Assembly (NCBI GenBank): GCA_002104905.1
Contig: MCFE01000794.1
Location: 1 to 35,924, forward strand
Origin: Basidiobolus meristosporus CBS 931.73
Lineage: Eukaryota > Fungi > Basidiobolomycota
DNA length: 35,924 nt
Direction of reading: 5' to 3'
Below are positions 11,543 through 22,081 of this stretch, one piece after another. Positions within the stretch are counted from its first letter, which is position 1; every line of letters starts with the position of its first letter. The notes under the pieces are model-generated. The model was given only the letters and a program-made list of their open reading frames with translations. It made no database searches and was not told the origin of the DNA. The position numbers were made by a program, and so were the translations under genes.

Positions 11543-12346
11543 TGTGGTGGGGTAGAGGTACTCCTGGGAGTAGCTACACAACTCAAGGTGTGCGAGGTGT
11601 CTGATGGGTGCAATAACCTCTGTGTCTATACTGCTGGTGTCTTTGTTAATATGTCACTATGGTAAAAGCTCCTGCTTCTCTAGCTTCCTAGGTGCTCCAA
11701 GTGTCTCCAAAGACCTCTGTGTGTCTTGTGCACTACTCTGAAAAGCTGCTTGATGGCAGGTCTGAGATATACTGTTGAAGGCAGGTGCAGTGATCAACTG
11801 CTAATCAATAAGTTAGAAGTGTTACTGATAGAAGGGATGATTTACTGATGAGGGATTGTTTCCCTTAAATAGTTTTCCTGATTGCCAAGTGATTACTAAT
11901 GACAAGGTTCTAGAAGATTCTATGCATCAGTGGATTACTTGATGACATCACTATGAGCTAAAAATATGCCAAGAATGTCCTGGAAGGTTCTAAAAGGCAC
12001 AGCACTTTCAACCAATCAGGGATTAGTAGTCTGAAACCTGTGCAACATAGAAATAACATATATGGTATTGAAATGGTAGGGATGGTAACACAGACCTAGG
12101 TCATGTGTCATGGGTACTACGCAGGTACCTGCCATGTGTAGATACATATCCTGATTAGAAAGCTGAATAACATCTGGGATAACTAATGCTAATAACTAAT
12201 CAGGGTAAACATCATATGGGGATAATAGTGATAATATGGGCTAAAGAAGATTGGAATAATACTGATAAGATAAAATATGGATAAGTATATCATAATGGCA
12301 ATATGAATAAACTTGTCTGTGGGAGGTATGTTACCCTACCACAACA
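11543..12346 (-). repeat. Gypsy A 5' LTR (804 bp)
   Basis: TGTTGTGG...CCACCACA in element sense; central block homologous to ~30440-30700 of the C LTR. Confidence 0.8.
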
Positions 12347-12468
12347 GTGTCCTGACAGGATCAGTACCTCTTAGTCATGGGACTTTAATTTTGTGATGGC
12401 CTTTTGATGGGATCATCACAATAACTTTTCATAGGGCTTGTTTCCATACTCTGGCAGGAACCCAATGG

Positions 12469-13826
12469 TGTGGTGGTGTATAAGTCCAAGAGAGGGATAC
12501 ATCTAACTCTTTTCAGGTGTTTTTGTGTGGGGTGTTCACTGTCATGATCACATGACATCCCTGGTCTCCAATTATCTAGCCAAATCAAGTCAGTGAAGAA
12601 ATCCCAGTTCCTTCTAGAAAGTTCTGCTACATTCTGTCAGCTTCTTGAAAGCTCAAAGTCAATGTTACACAATGGAATATTCAACGGAAGCTTTCCATTA
12701 GAATTTATGTAGTCCCATGCCATGTATGGTAACTACACGTCACATGACCTAGTCACATGATCAGCTGACCCCTGACATATCTTCATGTGATATTCCAGTC
12801 TGTTCTTTAGTATATTCTATCTTGGCACACTTACTGTGCCTCACCCCAGAACCCCATCAGTATTAGCCAATATCTCTTGGCATCCATATTGCCAAAAAGT
12901 ATATATAGTCCTATCCCTCCTTATTTATTCCTCAGTCTGATAAACACAGGTCTTGAATAAACCACCTTGCTTTGAAATCAGCCTTGCATTGTTGATCCAC
13001 ACCTAAGTCCTTTCCTGGTCCTGCCTTACCTAGCCCTTCTCTCCTGCCTTGTGTCTATTCATAACATTCACTGGGTGCAATAACCTCTGGCAAAAGCTTG
13101 CTAGGAATAATTGGGTTTTGTCTCTAATCTAATGTGAAGGGCAATGAAGCCACAAGCTTGTTAAGGGAAAACTATTGAGCTACAATCTACAACTTAGTTG
13201 GAGTCATAACAAAAGTATTTGCTGGGTTCAGCATTGTTTGAGTTGACAATGTACTACAGCTTTCAAAGTCAAAACAACTGTAAACTCCACTAGCAGGAAC
13301 TTGATAAGAATGCAGCTGTGGTCAACAGTTACAAAGACAGAAAAGTATCTTTGCCTGTACAAGAACAAACTTGGGAAAAAACCAAATATAATAAAAGATA
13401 ACCACCCTGAGTATTCCTCACAAGTTGCGCCTCTAAGGTCAGTTGGCTGTCAGCATAGTTTCCTGGAATTGTCCTGCAGTCTGGGATTTGAAGCTCAGGT
13501 AGCAGCAGGTAGCTGTGATTACACTAATTAACAAGTTGGAATATTGATAAAAGGGATGATAATTTACTGTTGAGAGATTGCCTCCCTTATATACTTTCTC
13601 ACTGCCAAAGTGGTTACTAATCATGGTGTTCCAGAAGCACTTACATCAAGTATTTGTACATAAAGTGAGGGATAACCTATGCAATAAGGTAAGCAGGTGT
13701 GATAGTCAGCTGGCTTATGGGATAGTACTGATCAAGTAAGACAAATGGGATAAAACTAATTTAAGGGTAGTAGAAAGTATGTAAACAAGCACAACTATCA
13801 GCAGGTGTCTCTGTGACCCCACTGCA
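12469..13826 (-). repeat. Solo LTR of the gypsy C family, with a nested insertion and an internal deletion
   Basis: Collinear with 29847-30917; degenerate 4-bp TSD ATGG/GCAG. Confidence 0.9.
12540..13066 (+). repeat. 527-bp solo LTR of a fourth family
   Basis: TGTCATGA...TCATAACA ends, perfect 5-bp TSD TTCAC (12535-12539 / 13067-13071), TATA-like tatatata (~12900) and aataaa (~12956). Orientation is inferred from these signals. Confidence 0.85.
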
Positions 13827-15224
13827 GCAGCTTTATGCCACTGTTGAGTCAATGATTCCTACATGTCCTGGTCTTCAGCCAACACTGCAAGGTCTAGCAT
13901 CTCATTTGCCAGTCTTTACAATAAATCCTTGCTATATTCAGGTGTATTTTCTTGAGTACTGCTATTGAAAAAGTGCTGCAACCTCTTGGTGTACCTATTA
14001 ATGTTCCAAAATTCCACCAAATGCATTGCGGTAATGTTTTGAGTTCTTGATGTAGTAGCCTTGTATGTTAGTGGGATCTCCCCTCTGTCAACAATGGAAA
14101 ACATGGAGGCTGTGGTGGACAAATTGCCTTTCTCTGCAAACTGATCTACCTTGCTAGAGTGTAGCACTACTGCATGTGCTTCCTACTCATGTGAAAGCAG
14201 CTGTTTTCTTGTTGGTAATTCTTCTTTGCTATGATGTGATTCAGTCTGTTCTGGGCTTGCAGCATTAATTGGCTAGAACTGCAGTTTTTTTTGTATGCTT
14301 CCCTGTCTCAGGCTTGGGTAGATGTATTTCCCTTTACCTTTTCCATTATCACTGCCAGGTCTTTCACTGCTACTTTGACTGAGTGCTTCTTGTAATGAGC
14401 TACATTTCTCCTTGATAAGTTCTGCTCTGAAGCATCTGTTTTGGCCTGCTTGTCTCCTGCTAGCACTCTTCAGGCAACTTGATGTTTATTTACTGCATGT
14501 TCTGAGCTCTCAGCCATAGTTGTGACAGGCTCCTGAGAAAGCTGCTGGTTTTTTGCCATGGCACCCTTGTTCTTCTGCCTTTGATAGCTTCTGCTATTCT
14601 TAAGATGCTTTCTTAGCATACCAATGCTGGCCCAAAATCTGTTTGTCTGTCTGAACTCTGGATAATGCTCATGGAACAATTCAAGCGCATTCTGCATGGC
14701 CTTGAGCTTCTGATGGTGCCATGGTAGGCTGGCCTTAAGGTGATTGTGTGCTAGACTCCTGTTGGCCTCTTGAATATTAGCCAACTCTTCATTATTGCAC
14801 TCAATGGCTTCATGGATCTTCAATGTTGGTTGATTTTAGGCTCTGATATAAACACCACATTGTCTTCCTTCCATACTGTGATAGGCTTTTCTGTGGGCTT
14901 TATCTTTTGGCACTGTTGTAGTCATTCAAACACTATACAGTGTTCCACTGCTGCTACATTGGGAAATGTGGTAATGGAAAGTATTCCATTACTACAATAT
15001 CTCTAAACCAATATTGCACTCATTTCTTTATTTTGCATTTTGCTATTGTAACACACAAGTGAAAGATCAAGAATTTCCAACTTTGATGAACAAATGCTCC
15101 AGACCCTGACAAGCAATCCACCCAAGAATATTATGTCATACAGAACACGTAGTAGCCAACACATGTTTCAAATTACAGCTCATTTGAAGCAGTACTTAAG
15201 GAGTTATGACCAAAAGAGTCCAAT

Positions 15225-15380
15225 TATTATATATACTATGTCTTATTGCTAGGATTACTAGGATGACTTTGATCACATGTAACTTTTGAACTAGTCAATC
15301 AAATCACGTGAAATATTTGCAGGTGCTGCGCCAATGTCCGATCTGCGCCACTGCAAAATTTTAGCTTTGTATCACGTGTA
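15225..15380 (-). promoter_or_regulatory. Putative promoter of ORF X: TATA-like tract plus CpG-retaining E-box/CCAAT cluster
   Basis: Two CACGTG, two CTGCGCCA and one CGCCAAT; 5 CpGs within 15307-15376; tatata tract at ~15228-15235. Confidence 0.45.
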
Positions 15381-15653
15381 TTGCTTGCACAATCACCCAG
15401 AAACTTTGATCCTTCAATATTTTCATATATATGACTTCCCCAGCTGAAAAATAAAGCAAGAGCCCCTCTTTCCAGAATCTCCACACTACAATTACAAGTT
15501 TAAAGGTTATAAGACTTCCCCTGCATCACTTGCACTGTTGAGTATTCTGACTTTGATCAGTACTACATCAGTAAAGAGACTGCAAAGCTCTCAAGAATCC
15601 AATCTAAGTTCTACAAGAAACTACCACTTTTCTGTTGGAAAAGTCCCCCCTAA

Positions 15654-15811
15654 GAAACCCCTTTACTCTAAAGACACCCCTTCAGTCTAAAGACCCCTTT
15701 AGACACCCCTTTAGGAAACCCCTTTACTCTAAAGACACCCCTTCAGACACCCCTTTAGGTCTAAAGACCCCTTTAGAGACTTCTACAACACACCCCTTTA
15801 GGTTAAAGGGG
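15654..15811. repeat. Complex tandem array of CCCCTT(T/C)A units
   Basis: Nine CCCCTT cores; a 32-bp unit repeated 61 bp apart (15654, 15715); ends in the hairpin ccccttta-ggt-taaagggg. Confidence 0.85.
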
Positions 15812-15819
15812 AATTCACA

Positions 15820-15889
15820 ATTTCCATATTAGGAAATGTTTTCTCAGAAAGGAAAGTGACTTCCAAATAAGGAAAAGTTACTATAAAAG
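15820..15889. promoter_or_regulatory. Two perfect CArG boxes plus a TATA box
   Basis: ccatattagg (15824-15833, inside atttcc...ggaaat), ccaaataagg (15863-15872), ctataaaag (15881-15889). Function is inferred. Confidence 0.45.
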
Positions 15890-16358
15890 TAAATAAGCCC
15901 ATTAGTTGACACAAGGTCAGAATACAGCTGTAGAAGTGATAAACACTGCCAACAGTATATTTTGAGCCTAAGATTGAGGAAATTAGTGAAAGTTATATCT
16001 TCTATTGGTATATCAAACTCCCAATAAAATATTTCAGTATTAGCATACTGGAAGTTGTTTTATAATATTGATTAGCCTCTACATTGTAGAACAAGCCCCA
16101 GACTAATCATAATACAACACAACAGAAATGGCTCAATTCTTGGCTGTGACATTGAGCTATTTGAGTTCCTTCTTTGCAGCAAAGATACTGCTTTCTCTAC
16201 CTGGAATATTGATTGCTCTACATGTATTATCCACATAATAGAACTATTTTTATCTGCATTTGATATATTTATAAGTATACTAATGTGGACAATTGGAATT
16301 GACATAAATATCTTTTAATTTCTGGGTTGTTATCTACATATATGTTGATATCAGCCAT

Positions 16359-16726
16359 TGTTACAAGTCTTGGTATAGGAGTTGTAGAGGAATAGGGAGT
16401 TTAGCTAGTATTGTATTCACTAAAACTTGAACTGATTTTTATTGAGGTTCCAGCAGCTCCTTATATACATTTTGCCAGATCAATTGCTGACTAATTGTAT
16501 TTCCTAATGTAGGTTGTGGCTGATGACTCATTTGATTGCATCAACATCACCCAATAAGATCCTACTTAATATATCTATTTCTGTCTGATAAGGATCTGCT
16601 GATTCATTTGCTGACTAATGCTACTGATTTCATAGATAATACTGATATACTGATAGCCTAAGCATATACTAATTGATTTTGACTAAAACTGATCTAACTT
16701 AAACATTCAAGCGGCAGATCATAACA
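16359..16726 (-). repeat. Gypsy B 3' LTR (368 bp)
   Basis: TGTTATGATC...CTTGTAACA in element sense, preceded by the PPT. Confidence 0.95.
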
Positions 16727-16736
16727 TTCTCCCCTA

Positions 16737-19700
16737 CTAAAGTTGAGAGGGTTCCCCTGAATCTCTTTTCTTGTGATACCAATATCTTGATGGTTCAGTG
16801 TTATCAGCAAGTCTTGCAAGCTTGAGTCTGTCCCTATGCACTAAGTCTTCCCGGATATTGCCTTGTTTGTCCACCAGTTGGTAAGTTGCAAATGGACATT
16901 CTCTGATGATCTTCAATGGTCCTGTCCATTGTGGCTCAAACTTCTTCCAAGTGTTGTTTCTTAGCAATACAAAGTTCCCAACTGTCAATGCTTCTGGTGC
17001 TATAGTCTTATCAAATCTCTGCTTCATCTTTCTGCACTTTGAGATTCTTTGGTCTGTGCCTCTTGACATCTTTGTTCCAGTTGCTGGTGTCTACTTGGCT
17101 GACTGAGTTCATCTTCTAAGGTGTCTGTAAGTTTTGTTTGTGTGAGATCTCCTGGAATCCTTGGTTCACATCCATAAACTAAGTAAAATGGTGATTGCTG
17201 GGTGGTGTTGTGTACTCTGACTCTGCATGCAAAGAGTGCTTGGTCTATATACTCATCCCATCTACTGACAACTCCATTTGCATACTTGGTCAGCATTTTT
17301 CCAAATAATCCGTTAAACCACTCAGTGACTCCATTAGTTCTGGGGTGATATGCCAAGGTTTTCAAGTGTCTGATCTGCTGCATTTCCAGGTAAGCCTCTA
17401 ATGTCTTTGCCATAAAGTTTGCACCTCTATTGGATAAGATCTCCACAGGGCATCCAAACTTCATCAGGATCCCATGGTAAATGAAACTTGCAACTTCTTG
17501 TCCACTGGCTATTGGTACAGCTTTAGCAACTGGCCAGTTAGTGGCATGGTCAATTGCTACTAGGATCCAACGGTTGCATTTCTTGGTAGTTGGAAGTCTT
17601 CCAATAAAGTCAATTCCCCATCTCTCAGATGGTCTTACAGGCTCCAAAGGGAAGAGTTCGGCAATTCTTTGTGGCTGGCCTTGATTAATTTGGCAGTTTG
17701 GGCATGTTTTCACTAGCTTCTCAATTTCATGTTTCATTCTGGGCCACCATGCTCTGGCTTTCACAAGACTATAGGTTCCTTCATTTCCAAGATGTCTGTA
17801 TCCATTGTGTAGCTTATGTATTAAATCAAGGCAAGAAACATAAGGGCAATAGACAATAGGGCTTCCATCAACAATTTGGTAGAGTGTTTCATCCTGTACT
17901 ACAAATTTGCTGGCTTCATCACGGATTATCTTCTTGATATCTTCATCCACCTCATTAGGAATGGCTTGGTCCTCCAAGTACTTTGGTAATAGGCTAGGCC
18001 AATCTGATTCATGCACCAAGTTGAGTTGTGCAACTTGATCTAATCTTGATAAGGCATCAGCAACCATGTTGGTTTTTCCAGGGCAGTAGACAATCTCCAT
18101 GTCAAATTGCTGAATGTATTCACTCCATCTTGTCATTCTTCTAGAGAGTACCTTCTGAGTAAATATATACTTGAGGGAGGCATAATCAGTCTTCACAGTG
18201 CATTTGACTCCTTCAATATAGCATCTCCATGTCTTCAAACAGTGTATTATAGCAAGCATCTCCTTCTCATGGACTGGATAGTTTTGTTCTGCTGAGTTCA
18301 GTTTCTTGGATTCAAAGGCAACAGGGTAGTCCTTTCCTCATGTACTTGGCTCAGCACTCCACCAATTGCATAATCTGAAGCATCTGTGCACAGAGTGAAC
18401 TCTTTTCTGAAGTCTGGTATTCTTAAGCTTGGCAGCTTAGCAAGTTCAATCTTGAGCATCTGGAAGGCAGTCTCACAAGCTATGTCCCACTTGTAGGCAT
18501 TGTCTTTCTTGAGGATATCAGTTAAAGGGGCTGCAATACTTGCAAAGGACTTGACAAATCTCTGATAATGGGAAACCATTCCAAGGAATGATCTGAGTTC
18601 TGATATGTTATGGGGCTGCTTCAAATTCTTGATAACTTCAACCTTCTTAGGGTCTAAGGTCACTCCTGTGCTAGTCACTATGTGTCCCAGGTATTCAACA
18701 TGTTCCTTGAAGAATTCACACTTGGCTAGCTTGCCATATAGCTTGTTCTCTCTTAGTTTCTTCAAGACCTTTTCAATGTGCACCATGTGATCCTTTTCTG
18801 TCTTGCTGTATATCAATATGTCATCCAGGTAGATTATCACAAACTTGTCTAAGTACTCCTGAAAGACAGTCTGCATCAGCGTCATGAATGTTGCAGGGGC
18901 ATTAGTGAGGCCAAAACTCATGACTAAGTACTTGTAATGTCCATATCTGGTCCTGAATGCTGTCTTAGGGATATCATGTGGTTTCACCCTAATCTGGTTG
19001 TATCCTGACATGAGGTCAATCTTGCTGAAAATAGTGGCTCCATTAAGTTGGTCCAAAAGCTCATCAATCCAAGGTATGGGGTACTTATTCTTGACAGTAA
19101 CTGAGTTCAGGGCTCTATAGTCAATGCACATCCTAAGTGTTCCATCCTTCTTTTTCACAAACAGCACTGGTGCTCCCCAGGGTGACTTGCTGGGCCTGAT
19201 GTATCCTTGCTCCAATAGCTGATCAATTTGTCTCTTCATTTCCTCCAATTCCAATGGACTCATTCTGTAAGGTGTCTTGCTCACTGGAGGGCTATCACCT
19301 GTGTCAATGGCATGATCCACATCTCTGACTGGTGGTAGGCTTACAAGCTCATCTGGAAACACATCTGAATATTTCTTCAAGAGAGTCTGGACCTGCTGGG
19401 GTGCTGGGGTAGAGGAATCCTCCTGTAAAACCGCCATGAGGAACATCTGAGTATCTTCTCTGAGTGCTCTACAGAACTGGGTCTTGCTAAGTTCACTTGT
19501 CTCACACATACTGGAATTGACCAGGTTAAAATCCAGCCTGGCAGGTAATAGCTCATAGGTCTTGTTGTCTTTTTGGATCTGAGTAGCATGGGTTCTCCAG
19601 TTGATTGATGGATTACTACGAAATAGCCAGGTTTTTCCAAGTACAAGGTCAAACTTGCAGTTCCCAAATATATAAGCCCGTTGGTCTTCTTTATAGTCAT

Positions 19701-20914
19701 TGATCTTCATTCTTACTGGCTGAGTAATACGGTTGATTATGTGAGAGTTCCCATCAGCTGTTGAGAGTGAAGTTGATTAGGTAGGTTCTGAGTTGATCCC
19801 AGCTTTCAGAGCAAATTGCTCTGACATGTATTCATGCAATGCTCCTGAGTCAATCATGATCTTGGCAGGTACTCCATTGATTACTCCATTCAAGTATAAT
19901 AGCTTTCCTGAGTTTAAGGTCATCTGGGATAGGTATTCTTCTGTCATGTGGAAGGTGAGTTCTGAGTCTTCTTCAAGTTCATCCTTCATGTTACTATGCT
20001 CCATGGCCTCAATACGGTTAAAGGTTCTTGATGGCTGGTGTCCATTTCTTCTCTGAGGGCAGTACTTTGCAATATGTCCTTGCTGGTGGCAATTGAAGCA
20101 AAGTCCTTTCTTCTTACATTCTTTCAAGGCAGGATTCTTCTGCATAGCATCTATTTCCATTGGTACTGCTTCTGACTGTCTTCTTTCATAATGATTGTAA
20201 CCTTTCTGATTAGTCCCTGTAGGCTTCCCAACTCCAAACATAGCTGAGTCATAGTCAATGGCAATCTCAATGGCTTCTTCAATAGTCTGAGGTCTTCAAT
20301 AATTCACTTCCTTGCGAGTTCTTTCTTCTAACCCATCAATAAAGTATTCAACTTGATCCAGGGGGTCCATTCTATCAATTTGTCCAAGTAGACATCTGTA
20401 CTCATAGAGGTATTCTTGAACCATTCCTTTCTGTCTGAGTGTCTTTAACTTCCTTCTTAGTAGTGTCTGTTGGTGTGGAGGTTCAAAAGCATCCTGAATT
20501 TCCGACACAAACTCATCCCAGGTAGAGATTGTAGAGCATCCCATCATAGTGGCTGACCTGATCTTGTTATGGTACCACTGTAAAGCTGCATCTGCCAGGT
20601 AAGAAGCTGCATAATGCAACTTGCTTTCTGGAGCAATTCCTTTAGCCTTAAAAGCTTCTTCAATCTGAAAGAGCCAAGTCTACAGGTTTTCATTGACTCT
20701 GCCATGGTACTGGTTGACTTTCACACTAAAGTTGCTCTTAACAGGGCATTGCTGGTTCTGAGCCATAGTAGTCATTCCATGTTGCTGTTGGCTGAGGATC
20801 TGGAGTAACTGTTGCTGTTGGGCCAGGATTTGCTGCATGGCATTCTTCCATTATTAATTGTCCGACATCTTGAGGGTGGTTTCTTCTTTCTTCAGGAGGG
20901 AGGTTTCTGGTCAT
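16737..20914 (-). pseudogene. Gypsy B gag-pol, fragmented
   Basis: Gag, CFNCHQQGHIAKYC knuckle, IDSGA protease, YLDD RT, CTDAS RNase H, integrase HHCC and core, C-terminal WTGP motif; no chromodomain evident. Confidence 0.93.
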
Positions 20915-20926
20915 TGCTGCTACCAA

Positions 20927-21295
20927 TGTTACAAGACTTGGTATAAGAGTTGTAGAGGAATAGGGAGTTTGGCTAGTATTGTATTCACTAAAACTTGAAC
21001 TGATTTTTATTGAGGTTCCAGCAGCTCCTTATATACATTTTGCCAGATCAATTGCTGACTAATTGAATTTCCTAATGTAGGTTGTGGCTGATGACTCATT
21101 TGATTGCATCAACATCACCCAATAAGATCCTACTTAATATATCTATTTCTGTCTGATAAGGATCTGCTGATTCATTTGCTGACTAATGCTACTGATTTCA
21201 TAGATAAAACTGATATACTGATAACCTAAACATATACTAATTGATTTTGACTAAAAACTGATCTAACTTAAGCATTCAAGCGGCAGATCATAACA
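20927..21295 (-). repeat. Gypsy B 5' LTR (369 bp)
   Basis: Near-identical to 16359-16726 and followed by the PBS. Confidence 0.95.
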
Positions 21296-22081
21296 CCATT
21301 TTATCTATTCAAACAAAAGAAGCTTTGTCTAAAAATTAAAGTATAATTATAGCTTAGTACTTTTTGAGTACTATATTACTGATATATCTATATGTCTTTC
21401 ACAGGGACATTAAAAATGAAAATAGAATTAAATGTGAAAATAGACTTGGTATATGACATAAAAACAGTATAGAGTTAAATGGTTATGACACAAAATTTAT
21501 GGTAAATATAAGTAATCAAAAAACAAGACTAGTACACTAAAAAATAGATTTAACATATAAGAAAAATGTATTTAATTAAATTTAGTATGACAAAAAAATT
21601 TTTGAGGGTATTAAAACTTTGGAAAAATATTATTTTTTTTATTATAAGGCAAGACAACTGTAACTTAGCAGTATTGATTCCATCAGGACACTGTGCAAAA
21701 CTATCAAAAAATTATTGCACCCCAGATATCATATGAGCTTAGTCAAAATTTCTCACCACAACAATATAAAGTGGTATACAATTGGTTCTCTGCCAATTTT
21801 CTCACTTTCTGATCCTGGACACTGTATCACCTCCTATGTTTATGTGCATTGATTGGCTATTGCCACTTTTTCATACTGCTTAATTCCTGACTCCACTGTT
21901 TCACTTACTTTACATGCATACAAATTAATTTATTTCCATTGAAACTTCAGTTGTACCTTAATTGCCATTTCTGTTCACCTATGCAAGTCCCTATACCCTA
22001 CACCAACATTGAGCTCAACTCCACACTCAACAAGTAACTCCATTAAAATTCACCATTCAATACATTTTCTGCTGTGACACT

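Larger units (their letters stand above)
9708..12346 (-). mobile_element. Ty3/gypsy element A: 5' LTR, gag and protease remnant, truncated
   Basis: LTR 11543-12346; Lys-type PBS; gag fragments (GAPFFDG, CMWCDSANHSKRNC zinc knuckle) homologous to the element C polyprotein; pol lost below 9708. Confidence 0.85.
12440..15030 (-). pseudogene. ORF X copy 1, unknown protein; 3' end interrupted by the gypsy C solo LTR
   Basis: ORF fragments 14470-14823 and 13916-14167 are homologous to 22082-23250; homology continues left of the LTR (12441-12468 matches ~22085-22110). Start position is approximate. Confidence 0.65.
16359..21295 (-). mobile_element. Ty3/gypsy element B, full length (4937 bp), inactivated
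   Basis: LTRs 16359-16726 and 20927-21295 (8 substitutions and 1 indel by eye), 4-bp TSD CCAT, tRNAiMet-like PBS TGGTAGCAGC (20916-20925), PPT AGGGGAGAA (16727-16735). Confidence 0.96.

Noticed and set aside
13301-13531. ORF recurring at 30148-30420 (MIRMQLWS...), and similar recurrent ORFs at 3123, 4778 and 8995
   Set aside because: These are reading frames through copies of the same LTRs, so recurrence reflects DNA repetition, not coding.
15654-15811. CRISPR-like array
   Set aside because: No unique spacers or constant repeat length, eukaryotic context and no cas genes.
16737-17069. Chromodomain at the integrase C-terminus (elements B and C)
   Set aside because: Both ORFs end shortly after the WTGP(Y/L) module with no chromodomain-like sequence.
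21400-21423. Kinase-like HRDIKNEN motif on the plus strand
   Set aside because: No DFG, VAIK or other kinase subdomain nearby; likely chance in AT-rich DNA.
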